A DNA stretch of 64,000 bases from Candidatus Fermentithermobacillus carboniphilus (GTDB lineage: Bacteria > Bacillota > Sulfobacillia > Fermentithermobacillales > Fermentithermobacillaceae), in the NCBI GenBank assembly GCA_018208355.1, contig CP062796.1:845777-909776 (forward strand), read 5' to 3'. The translations under genes were made by a program, and so were the position numbers. Below are positions 29,881 through 39,442 of the stretch, piece by piece (within the stretch, counting starts at the first letter, position 1; the number at the start of each line of letters is the position of its first letter). Under the pieces are notes generated by a model. The model worked only from the letters and a program-made list of their open reading frames with translations, was not told where the DNA came from and made no database searches.

Positions 29881-30681
29881 ATGTACAGGCCTTTCTACTC
29901 GCTCTCTAAAGAACCCTTCGGTAAAGACATAAAACCGCAAGAGCACTTTCCTTCCCAGAGTTTCAAAGAGGCCTTGGCCCGACTAAAATACCTGGTGGAT
30001 ACCAGAGGCTTTGGCGCCATCTTGGGGGAATCAGGGTCAGGCAAGACATATGCCCTCAGGACCATGGCCGAAAGTCTCAACCCAGCTCTGTACAAAACCA
30101 TCTACCTTCCCATGTCATCAGGCACAACAATGGACATGTACCGTAATCTTGTGACAGGGCTGGGAGAAGAGCCGAGATATCGCAAGAGCGATCTCTTCCG
30201 CCAGATCCAAAAGGCAGTTGAGCACTTCTTCTACGAGAAGAGAGTTACGCCGGTGTTCATTTTGGACGAAATGCACCTGGCGAAACCTGAATTCCTCCTG
30301 GATCTGGCGATGATATTCAACTTCTCCATGGATTCCAAAAACCCTTTCGTCGTGATCATAGCCGGTTTGCCTTTTTTGAGCACGCGATTGAAACTCAATC
30401 ATATCCAGCCTCTCGCCCAAAGAATCATCGTCCATTACAAGATGGAGCCTTTGGATAAACCAGAGGTCTTCCAGTACATCAACCACCGCCTAAAACTGGC
30501 CGGGGCTACAACTGAGGTGTTCAGCCAGGAGGCCCTTGAAGCTATCGCTTCCCACTCTGCAGGTTGGCCCAGGCTGGTTAATAACCTTGCCAGCACATCG
30601 CTACTTTTGGGAGCCCAGTTGAAGAAGAACCCGATTGATGCCGAGGTCGTGAGATTGGCCTCTATGGAGACAAACCTCTGA
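29881..30681 (+). CDS. ExeA/TniB-like AAA ATPase transposition helper
   Basis: GESGSGKT, ILDEMH, GWPRLVNNL. Confidence 0.9.
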   Translation: MYRPFYSLSKEPFGKDIKPQEHFPSQSFKEALARLKYLVDTRGFGAILGESGSGKTYALRTMAESLNPALYKTIYLPMSSGTTMDMYRNLVTGLGEEPRYRKSDLFRQIQKAVEHFFYEKRVTPVFILDEMHLAKPEFLLDLAMIFNFSMDSKNPFVVIIAGLPFLSTRLKLNHIQPLAQRIIVHYKMEPLDKPEVFQYINHRLKLAGATTEVFSQEALEAIASHSAGWPRLVNNLASTSLLLGAQLKKNPIDAEVVRLASMETNL

Positions 30682-30728
30682 ACTCGCAAGTCATTGGGCG
30701 CTTCCGCTTGCTGTAGACCCTGCAACTT

Positions 30729-30765
30729 GCCGGTGATGCCTAGTAATAGGTGTCACCGGCCTTCT
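30729..30765 (+). terminator. Hairpin inside the transposon right end
   Basis: GCCGGTGATGCCTA-GTAA-TAGGTGTCACCGGC followed by CTTCT. Confidence 0.6.
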
Positions 30766-31277
30766 ATATGGAGCTAAAACAGCCTCCCACAAGCAATGTG
30801 AAAGTGAAAATCGAGGGTAAAGGGATTGTGCAAACGGGAGAAGAATTAGAACCTTGGAATCTGACAATTGGCATATTGGAACGGAATTTCAGCCTGGAGG
30901 AATCTGAAAAATACACGCGGGGTTAATTTGCAAAATGACAGATCGGTGCCGCAGCCAACATACCCCTAATAATCCGCGTTGGATCCAAACTGTTTCTGAT
31001 GGCTATAGTCATCATCTTTGTGCATTTCTTGGTGATCTTCGCCCTTGGCAAGCTCTTCAAATTCAACCTTGAAGAGATTCTCGTGGCTTCCAACGCGAAC
31101 ATTGGTGGACCCACCACCGCATCGGCATTCGCCATAAGTCAGCGATGGAATGGCCTCATCCTACCTGCTATCCTAGCAGGCATTTTCGGCTATGCTATAG
31201 CAAACTACATTGGCATCGGTTTGGCGTACACGGTAAAAGGGCTCCTCGGGATGTAGGGTCTTACGGGGGAGTGCAGC

Positions 31278-32297
31278 ATGCTCGCAGTTGTGAAGGATCG
31301 GAAAGGGCCGGGATTCGCGGTGAAGGATGTCCCGGTCCCAAGTCCAGCTCAGGATGAGGTCCTTGTGAGAGTCCGAGCGGTAGGGATATGCGGCACGGAC
31401 CTTACGATTATTGAGGGTAAAAGAGATGTCCCGATTCCGTTGATTCCGGGACACGAGTTCGCCGGCGAAGTCGTTGAGGTTGGTTCTGCGGTCGAAGGAT
31501 TTCGGGTTGGCGACAGAGTCACCTCGAGTCTCATCGTGAGCTGCGGCGAGTGTCAATACTGCCGTCAGGGGATGGAAATACTGTGCGACAGGATAAAAGA
31601 AATAGGCATCCATATCAATGGTGCATTCGCAGAATACGTCGTGGTTCCCCAAAAGACGCTGGTAGCACTCCCCCAAAACTTGACGTTTGAAGATGGCGCT
31701 TCAATGGACCCAATTGCATCAGCCTATAGAGCGGTGTGTAAAGCCCTCGTTGGGCCGGAAGATGTTGTGGTTGTTTTCGGGCCCGGTCCCATCGGGTTGT
31801 ACGCTCTCCAGGTAGCGCTAGCCAAGGGGGCTGCGAAGGTCCTCTGTTTCGGTACAAAACCAGACTCGATTAGGCTTAAGGTTGCCGAGAAACTTGGGGC
31901 GGTAACCGGCGTTGCCAGTGATGAAATTGGATGCGTGAGCGTGGTGAGAGATACAACAGGAGGGCGTATGGCTGACGTAGCTATTGATGCGACTGGGAGC
32001 GTTTCTGCCCTTTCTGCCTGTACCAGGGTCCTAAGGAAGAACGGACGTGTGTGCATTGTCGGCATACCGCACGATGCGGCTATCGTGACACTCGCAGAGG
32101 TGGTGCGGAAGGAACTAAGACTATACGGGAGCTTCTGTTATACCTTACCCGAATTCCGGGCTTCGCTCCAACTGTTGGAAAATGGCAGCGTCGTGACCGA
32201 GCCTGTGATTTCACATCGGCTGCCTCTTAGGGATTTTGAAGAGGCGTTGGATCTGATCTATCGCAGGGAAGCGGTGAAAGTCATGCTCATTCCCTGA
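31278..32297 (+). CDS. Zn-dependent MDR dehydrogenase (threonine/sorbitol dehydrogenase-like)
   Basis: GICGTD, GHEFAG, CGECQYC...C, GPGPIG. Confidence 0.9.
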   Translation: MLAVVKDRKGPGFAVKDVPVPSPAQDEVLVRVRAVGICGTDLTIIEGKRDVPIPLIPGHEFAGEVVEVGSAVEGFRVGDRVTSSLIVSCGECQYCRQGMEILCDRIKEIGIHINGAFAEYVVVPQKTLVALPQNLTFEDGASMDPIASAYRAVCKALVGPEDVVVVFGPGPIGLYALQVALAKGAAKVLCFGTKPDSIRLKVAEKLGAVTGVASDEIGCVSVVRDTTGGRMADVAIDATGSVSALSACTRVLRKNGRVCIVGIPHDAAIVTLAEVVRKELRLYGSFCYTLPEFRASLQLLENGSVVTEPVISHRLPLRDFEEALDLIYRREAVKVMLIP

Positions 32298-32335
32298 AGA
32301 GCTTCCCCGCGAATCATTCGACAGATCTTGGAGGG

Positions 32336-33757
32336 ATGGAAGTGCCAGGTAATACCACGAAAGTTTATCCATACATGCCCAACACTGTCCCAGAAATCAA
32401 AGAGGAGATGATGAAGGAAATAGGCATACGATCGACGGAAGAGTTGTTTGCCGATATCCCTGACGACATAAGATTCAAAGGCAAAATGAACTTACCTGCT
32501 CCAATCCTCAGTGAGTCTGACCTCAAACGGCACGTCGAAGGGTTGCTCGCCAAAAACATATCCTGCGAGGACGCAGTGAGCTTCCTTGGAGCAGGCTGTT
32601 ACCACCATTACGTACCTGCCGTGTGCGACGAGATAGCTAACAGATCGGAATTCTTGACAGCTTACTGCGGAGATACCTACTCAGATCACGGCAAAATGCA
32701 GGCTATATTCGAGTACTGCAGCATGATGGCCGAGCTTTTAGACCTGGACGTGGTCAGCTATACCACGTTCGACGGAGGACAGGCAGTCTCTTCGTCGCTG
32801 AGGATGGCCATACGGATCACCGGAAGAAACCATCTACTCTTGCCGAGGACAATTAACCCCGAGATCCTTTCGCAGGTTAGGGATTACTGCAAGAAAGTCG
32901 CCGACATCGAGCTCGTTGCTTATGACCAGAAGACAGGACAACTAGATCTTTGCGACTTGGAGCGAAAGATCTCAGATAAGACAGCTGCCGTGTTTATTGA
33001 GAATCCGTCCTATCTCGGAGTCCTCGAAGAGCACGGGCAAGAAATCGCCGACCTGGCGCACCGACATGGGGCTCTCTTCGTGGTTTCCGTGGACCCCTCT
33101 TCCCTGGGGATCCTGGAGCCTCCCGCACACTACGGGGCCGACATTGTATGCGGTGACATCCAGCCCCTGGGGATTCACATGAACTACGGCGGCGGATGCG
33201 CCGGCTTCATCGCCACAAGGGACGAGAAGCGTTTCATCGAAGAGTATCCCACTTACCTGTACGGTATTACGACCACGAAGCGCGAGAATGAATACGGGTG
33301 GGGTCGCGCTCTTAACTGGAGAACATCCCACGGAAGCAGAGAGAAGGCGAAAGAGTACTTCGGTACGTCGGCAGGGTTGTATGCCATAACTGCCGCCGTG
33401 TACATGGCTCTGATGGGCCCACAAGGCATGAGAGATCTGGGATGCACCATAGTTCAAAGGGCTCACTACGCAAAGAAGCTGCTCGGACAAATCAGAGGGG
33501 TGCGAACTGATGTCTTCTCTTCAGCCGTATTCAAGGAGTTTGTAGTAAATTTCGACGGCACCGGACTGACCGTGCGCGATATAAACAAGAAACTTTTGGA
33601 CTACAACATATTCGGAGGTAAGGATCTCTCCCAGGACTTCCCGGAACTTGGGCAGAGCGCCCTTTATTGTGTCACGGAACTCACCACTCTAGAGAACATC
33701 AAGAAACTCCAAGACGCGCTTAACAGCATACTTGGATCTCGGAGGTGTGCTTCATGA
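32336..33757 (+). CDS. gcvPA: Glycine decarboxylase P-protein subunit 1 homologue (divergent)
   Basis: YPYMPNT, SFLGAGCYHHYVP, RSEFLTAY, FKEFVV. Confidence 0.88.
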   Translation: MEVPGNTTKVYPYMPNTVPEIKEEMMKEIGIRSTEELFADIPDDIRFKGKMNLPAPILSESDLKRHVEGLLAKNISCEDAVSFLGAGCYHHYVPAVCDEIANRSEFLTAYCGDTYSDHGKMQAIFEYCSMMAELLDLDVVSYTTFDGGQAVSSSLRMAIRITGRNHLLLPRTINPEILSQVRDYCKKVADIELVAYDQKTGQLDLCDLERKISDKTAAVFIENPSYLGVLEEHGQEIADLAHRHGALFVVSVDPSSLGILEPPAHYGADIVCGDIQPLGIHMNYGGGCAGFIATRDEKRFIEEYPTYLYGITTTKRENEYGWGRALNWRTSHGSREKAKEYFGTSAGLYAITAAVYMALMGPQGMRDLGCTIVQRAHYAKKLLGQIRGVRTDVFSSAVFKEFVVNFDGTGLTVRDINKKLLDYNIFGGKDLSQDFPELGQSALYCVTELTTLENIKKLQDALNSILGSRRCAS

Positions 33758-35322
33758 CCGCAACTCCTAATGCTCCAAGATTGAGGAGGTTCCACCAAGC
33801 CCGTTGGGATGAGCCAATCATCTTCGAGATGAGTCGAAAAGGCCAGCGCGGTATCTTCGTTGCAGAGTCCGAACAAGAGATAAAAGACGAAACTGGACCG
33901 GCTGAAAACCTGATACCCCAAGGCCTTCTACGGAAGAACCCGCCGGCTTTACCGGAACTCGGACAAATGCAAGTGTTAAGGCACTTCTTGCGGCTTTCTC
34001 AGGAGACCATCGGTGCAGACATCAACATAGACATCGGCTTAGGCACCTGCACGATGAAATACAATCCGAAGATTCATGAAGTCTTCGTGAGGTCTCCCAA
34101 GATAGCAGATCTCCACCCCTACCAGGACGAGAGTACAGTTCAGGGTATCCTCGAAATCACTTATAAGGTAGAGCAGTTCCTGAAAGAGATTTCAGGGATG
34201 GATAAGTTTTCATTCCAGCCGACTTCTGGAACTCAAGCCATATACTCCAACGTTGCCGTTGCTCGAGCCTATCACGAGGCAAACGGCGAAGGCACCCAGC
34301 GAGACGAGGTCATTACGACCATCTTTTCTCACCCGGGAAACGCTGGAGCGGCCAGCGCAGCTGGCTACAGAGTGATCACGCTGATGCCAGACGACAGTGG
34401 CCTTCCGGACATTAAAGCTCTTAAGTCAGTCGTATCCAAGCGTACTGCAGCTCTACTCATAACAAACCCGGAAGACACCGGGATCTTCAACGACAGGATC
34501 AAGGAGATTGTGGACATCGTTCATTCTGTCGGCGGTCTTTGCATCTATGATCAGGCGAATGCTAATGGTCTCCTGGGCATCACTCGGGCTAAAGAAGCGG
34601 GATTCGACATGTGCCATTTCAATCTCCACAAGACGTTCGCATCTCCCCACGGGAGCCAAGGTCCCGGAACGGGTGCACAAGGCGTCGTGGCAAAGCTTGC
34701 TAGGTTTCTGCCAAAACCCACGGTGGAATTCGACGGTGAAAAGTACTATCTTGATTACGGTCGCCCGGACAGCATCGGGAAAATCCGTAAGTTTTTCGGC
34801 GTGCCGCCAGTGATATTGCGGGTCTATGCGTACATTGTCAGCCTGGGAGAGGAAGGCCTGAGGACGGTCTCGGAGATCGCGGTGCTGAACAACAACTACC
34901 TGCTCAAGAAGCTTCTCGAAATCCCCGGGCTTTCTTGCCCCATGGGCGAAGGCAGGAGAAGGATCGAACAGGCTCGGTTGAGCTGGGCCGAACTGAAAGA
35001 GAAGACCGGCGTCGGTACTGATGCTATCTGTCGCAGAGTCGTGGATTACGGGCTTCAGAGCTACTTTACCAGCCATCATCCATGGCTTGTCCCTGAACCT
35101 TTCACGCCCGAACCGGTGGAGACTTACTCAAAGGATGATATAGACGAATATGTTGCGATAATCCGTCAAATAGCTCATGAAGCTTTCACGGATCCAGACT
35201 TGGTTTTGAACGCTCCCCACAACAGCACGATTTCAGTGATAGACCACGAACCGCTTGTAAACATCGAGAAATTTGCTTGTACTTGGAGGGCATTTAAGAA
35301 GAAGACAGGCCAGCAGGAGTAG
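33754..35322 (+). CDS. gcvPB: Glycine decarboxylase P-protein subunit 2 homologue (divergent)
   Basis: LGTCTMKYNPK, YDQANANG, HFNLHKTF (PLP Lys), AVLNNNY. Confidence 0.9.
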   Translation: MTATPNAPRLRRFHQARWDEPIIFEMSRKGQRGIFVAESEQEIKDETGPAENLIPQGLLRKNPPALPELGQMQVLRHFLRLSQETIGADINIDIGLGTCTMKYNPKIHEVFVRSPKIADLHPYQDESTVQGILEITYKVEQFLKEISGMDKFSFQPTSGTQAIYSNVAVARAYHEANGEGTQRDEVITTIFSHPGNAGAASAAGYRVITLMPDDSGLPDIKALKSVVSKRTAALLITNPEDTGIFNDRIKEIVDIVHSVGGLCIYDQANANGLLGITRAKEAGFDMCHFNLHKTFASPHGSQGPGTGAQGVVAKLARFLPKPTVEFDGEKYYLDYGRPDSIGKIRKFFGVPPVILRVYAYIVSLGEEGLRTVSEIAVLNNNYLLKKLLEIPGLSCPMGEGRRRIEQARLSWAELKEKTGVGTDAICRRVVDYGLQSYFTSHHPWLVPEPFTPEPVETYSKDDIDEYVAIIRQIAHEAFTDPDLVLNAPHNSTISVIDHEPLVNIEKFACTWRAFKKKTGQQE

Positions 35323-35446
35323 TTGAGAGTAAGCATACAGCCAGTTCTTGCGACCTTATTTCCGGAGATATGGTATACTTGCGCTGAATTACCATCTGAT
35401 AGCCTCTCTAAAGTTAAGTCGCGATTGCCCTTGGGAGGTACAAGCA

Positions 35447-36937
35447 ATGTCTTCAGCCGTCTCGGAAAGGGTCAGATGCAAGTCGCTGCTAAGCCGCATT
35501 ATGTCTGCCAGCGATGCATGCCGGTTCATAAACGACCGTGACGTCGTGGCAGCAAGCGGGTTTACACCTGCCGGATACCCGAAAGCGGTCCCGTTGGCGC
35601 TCTGCGAGAGGCTCAAAGAAACCGGAGAGACCCTTTCAATTACGCTCATTACCGGAGCTTCTGTCGGTGAGGAACTGGATGGTGCACTAAGTCGCGCCGG
35701 AGTTCTGTTTAAGCGCATACCTTATCAGACAAACACCTCATGCCGTGTGGGGATTAACGAGGGAAGGATCTTATACGTCGATGATCACTTGAGCCAAGTT
35801 GCGGGACACTGCAGGAGAGGTTTCTATGGGCGCCCTGACGTAGCAGTGATTGAAGCTGTGATGATTACCGAGGACGGAAAAATTATACCATCGACTTCAG
35901 TGGGGAACTCGCCCACATTTCTCAGGGAAGCACGTGCGGTCATCATCGAGATCAATACTAGCCAGCCGCTGGACCTATACGGAATGCATGATATTTACGT
36001 TCCAAAAGATCCGCCCCATACCGAGCCGATCCCCATCCGCAGCCCTGGAGACCGTATCGGTACTATATTCATAGACTGCGACCCGGAAAAGATTGTGGCC
36101 ATAGTCGTCACCGACATGCCGGACAAGCCTCGTGAACTTACCCCGGGAAATGAACAGACTACCCGCATAGCGTCAGAGGTCGTGGATTTTCTCGAGCACG
36201 AGGTCAGAATCGGCAGACTACCCAAGAACTTATTGCCTCTTCAGTCTGGCGTGGGAAACATCGCCAATTCCGTCTTAAAAGGCCTTCTGGAGTCTCGTTT
36301 CGAGAACATGACTTTCTATTCGGAAGTCATACAGGACTCTGTACTGGACCTGTTGGATGCCGGCAAGATCGAGGCCGCTTCGGCAACCTCCTTATCGCTC
36401 TCTCCCACAAGGCTGGAGGTGTTCTACAAAAGATTGAACGAATACAGGGACAAGATAATCCTGAGACCGCAGGAAATATCCAACCACCCGGAGGTTATCA
36501 GGCGACTCGGCGTCATTGCCATGAACACCGCGATCGAGATGGACATATACGGCAACGTGAATTCCTCACACACTTTCGGGACCCACATGATGAACGGGAT
36601 AGGTGGCTCAGGAGATTTCTCCCGCAACGCATATCTAACCATCTTCATGGCACCGTCAACGGCGAAAGGAGGAGCCATTTCGACCGTAGTGCCCATGGTT
36701 AGCCACGTAGATCACACGGAGCACGAGGTCCATGTGCTAGTCACTGAACAGGGTCTTGCCGACTTGCGCGGTCTTGCTCCAAGGGAAAGAGCCAAGGTCA
36801 TCATCGAGAAGTGTGCCCACCCTGATTACCGACCAGCGCTCCGTGATTATTTCCGGAGGGCGGAGTCTAGGGGTGGTCACACTCCCCACATTCTTGAGGA
36901 AGTGTTCTCATGGCACTCGCGATTCGGGCAAACATAG
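35447..36937 (+). CDS. Acetyl-CoA hydrolase/succinate CoA-transferase family
   Basis: SGFTPAGYPKAVP, LQSGVGNIAN, YSEVIQD, MNGIGGSGDF, VTEQGLADLRG. Confidence 0.92.
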   Translation: MSSAVSERVRCKSLLSRIMSASDACRFINDRDVVAASGFTPAGYPKAVPLALCERLKETGETLSITLITGASVGEELDGALSRAGVLFKRIPYQTNTSCRVGINEGRILYVDDHLSQVAGHCRRGFYGRPDVAVIEAVMITEDGKIIPSTSVGNSPTFLREARAVIIEINTSQPLDLYGMHDIYVPKDPPHTEPIPIRSPGDRIGTIFIDCDPEKIVAIVVTDMPDKPRELTPGNEQTTRIASEVVDFLEHEVRIGRLPKNLLPLQSGVGNIANSVLKGLLESRFENMTFYSEVIQDSVLDLLDAGKIEAASATSLSLSPTRLEVFYKRLNEYRDKIILRPQEISNHPEVIRRLGVIAMNTAIEMDIYGNVNSSHTFGTHMMNGIGGSGDFSRNAYLTIFMAPSTAKGGAISTVVPMVSHVDHTEHEVHVLVTEQGLADLRGLAPRERAKVIIEKCAHPDYRPALRDYFRRAESRGGHTPHILEEVFSWHSRFGQT

Positions 36938-36972
36938 GCACTCGGCTGGCTCGGGTGACTGGTCGGCACCGT

Positions 36973-38054
36973 TCAGTGCCTAGCCACCAGCGTGCACCAC
37001 GAAATAGCCATTTCCTTTACTGGTAGAGCGTCAAAACCGGCACCTCCCAAAAGTTCGCTGCGCGGAGTCGGCTGGGCCCTAACTTCCATGAGGTTCTCCA
37101 CGGATACTCGTAGACCGCTCTCCGTGAATACTTTCAGGGCACTGTCCATGTAGCACAGATCGGCTAGGCCGTTTTCCCTCAGCAGCTGATCGGTTTCAAG
37201 GTCGCCTTTGGGATAAAAGATGGAAGTGGCGAACATGTAACCCTTGAGAGTTCGACTGATTTCCGCAACCGCGCGACGGGGGTACCTTATATTCTGGAGT
37301 CCCACGTGAGATGTGAAAACCGGGACGCAGTCGTCCCTGAATGGCATCCTTCTCACGTCAAACGCCAGGAAATCCAGGTTCTTGTCTATACCTAAATAGT
37401 GGAAGTACTTCTTATTACGCCGCAGCACTCGCGGGCTGAAGTCCGTGACTACGACCTGACGGTCTGGAAAGCAGCAAGCAAGCCGCTCAACCAGTGTACC
37501 GACTCCGCTTGCCAAGTCGACAATCAGTCCAGATGCCGCGGACACAAGGTTAAGTACGTGCTCGATCTGGGATCTCTGACACGCCTCATATTCCGGAGTA
37601 TATATACCACCAAGGTCGCTCGCTGCCTCGCGAGCACCCGCGTAGTCCCCTCGCTCCATTAGCACCATTGACCTGAAGAATCGGTCTACTCCCGACAGAG
37701 ACTCCAACGGAGATTTGGTCAGTCTCTCGTCTATTTCAGGTTCTCTTTGAGGAACGCAGATAGATGGCTATCAACCTCTTCCCACAGGTCTTCGCGCTGC
37801 ACATCCGGAGTTAAGAATGCCCCTATGCCGTCCTTCACTGAGTAGGTCGCACCGCAGGCGCTACACTCAGCACGCCCCTCCATTACGTCGTAGTCTGGGG
37901 CTCGGGCTCCGCCAACACCCGTGTCCTCGATTGCGATCTGGGTATCCGAATTTTCAACCTCGAAGATGTCCCATGTAAGCTCGCCTCGGCACGCGGGGCA
38001 CACAAGGAGATCCCTCAGATGCTCTCGCATGCGTGTATCCCTCCCGATGCCCAC
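36973..38054 (-). pseudogene. Trm112-like zinc knuckle plus class I SAM methyltransferase, split by a 1-nt frameshift near 37740
   Basis: LVCPACRGEL...KEN continues as PEIDERLTKSPLESLSGVDRFF...VDLASGVG in the next frame. Confidence 0.75.
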
Positions 38055-38173
38055 TTCGACAGCGGACCGAGGTATTCCAGTACTGCGGTAACGTTACTCT
38101 TTCGTTGCTAATGCTTTACCCCAGCAGCCAATGCACCGTTACACCGTGTGGCAGCCATGAAGAAAGAACTGGC

Positions 38174-39127
38174 CTAATCCCCTTTCAGAACAAAATCCAG
38201 AGCACGCAGTAGCGTGTCGCTGAAATCCGGCGGAAAGCGGTGGCCCATGCCAGGGCGGACATCCAGCTTGCACAGGAGACCGTTTTTCTCCATGGCATCC
38301 TGTAGCCGGCAAGCTCCCTGGTAGAACTGGTCTCTATCCCCGGTTATGATGTAGCCTCTGACCCCCCGCGGCGCCGCTTTATCCATCAGGACCACGAACC
38401 CCTCTATGTCCCGTACAGCCGGCACAACAGCGATGAATCCGCGACTCTGAAAGGGATCGCCCTTCAATGCAGCGGTGATGGCGATCCTCCCTCCTTGCGA
38501 AGCCCCGGCAATAACCACACGGCTTGGGTCAAATCGGTAACTATCCCGCGTCTTCTCATAAGCCCATGTCACCTCGGTCGCTGCCCTGTCCTCGTCGTCC
38601 CAGCAGAACTCGTCTTTAGCGCACATCTGCGAAGACTGAGGAATTGCCACAACTATACCTGTTTCGGTAGCTGGTTGCCAGTACGGCGCGAACTTCTGAG
38701 CATCGCTCCCACGGGAATGCAGTGCCATGAGCAGCGGAGGTGGGGATGCACCGTCTGCCTTCCGGGGTGGCAGAACCATAATCTGCGGACGAGACCCCTC
38801 TTGAGCCGCAGCACCAAGGTGCTTGCACGCGAGCACGATCTCACGGAACTCGGGAGTGTCACGGATAGGTGCCAAGTCAGTTTCGTTCATTAACGTGGTT
38901 TCGGACCACCAAATCCCGTGACCCACTGCCTCTTCAAAGATAGCGAGTGCCTTTCTTGTTTCTCCAAGAAGACTGTAAAGGCATGCCCGCCAATATGAAG
39001 TCCTTGTAGCTCTCTCAGGGAAAATCTCAGCCGCAGAGTTGGCCGCTTCCAAAGCCTCGCGCAATTTTCCTTGACCATAAAGTGTAATAATACGGTCCTG
39101 GAGCTCGGCCCAATTCTTTACCTCCAT
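38174..39127 (-). CDS. TPR plus alpha/beta hydrolase (esterase-like)
   Basis: YWRACLYSLLG TPR-like segment, GASQGG nucleophile elbow, TGDRD, GMGH. Confidence 0.82.
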   Translation of the reverse strand: MEVKNWAELQDRIITLYGQGKLREALEAANSAAEIFPERATRTSYWRACLYSLLGETRKALAIFEEAVGHGIWWSETTLMNETDLAPIRDTPEFREIVLACKHLGAAAQEGSRPQIMVLPPRKADGASPPPLLMALHSRGSDAQKFAPYWQPATETGIVVAIPQSSQMCAKDEFCWDDEDRAATEVTWAYEKTRDSYRFDPSRVVIAGASQGGRIAITAALKGDPFQSRGFIAVVPAVRDIEGFVVLMDKAAPRGVRGYIITGDRDQFYQGACRLQDAMEKNGLLCKLDVRPGMGHRFPPDFSDTLLRALDFVLKGD

Positions 39128-39442
39128 TTCTTGTCACCTCCTCCCGTATGCCACACCATTCAGGCATCTTGATAACGCAATCCTAAGTCTCCCGAACCGC
39201 GACGCGCCGCGTGCTCCAAATTTCTATTACACCATCACGTGACTGCGGGAAATTTCGACCCCGACTGACAAAATCCTTCCACTACAGTTAAGACTTCGTA
39301 AATGGCATAACGACAGACCCCACGAATAATAAGCTAATCTCACCTAGAGTATCAGCCGCGGTTCCAGGGTTTTGAAGTCAGCATGCTCAGATCCAATGGA
39401 GAAGCATACCTGTTGGTAGACTCCGTACGAAGGCCTTAGAAC

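Larger units (their letters stand above)
27823..30940 (+). mobile_element. 3118-bp three-gene DDE transposon (Mu/Tn552/IS481-like transposase plus AAA ATPase)
   Basis: Ends TGTAGCTTAGCACTTTAATCC and GGGTTAATTTGCAAAATGACA form an imperfect IR; GATCGG is duplicated at 27817-27822 and 30941-30946. Confidence 0.92.
26945..31256 (+). pseudogene. DUF819 family membrane transporter interrupted by a transposon
   Basis: 5' part ...HIFFAVIG joins in frame to AAANIPLIIRVG...ASNANIGGPTTA once 27823-30946 is removed. Confidence 0.9.
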
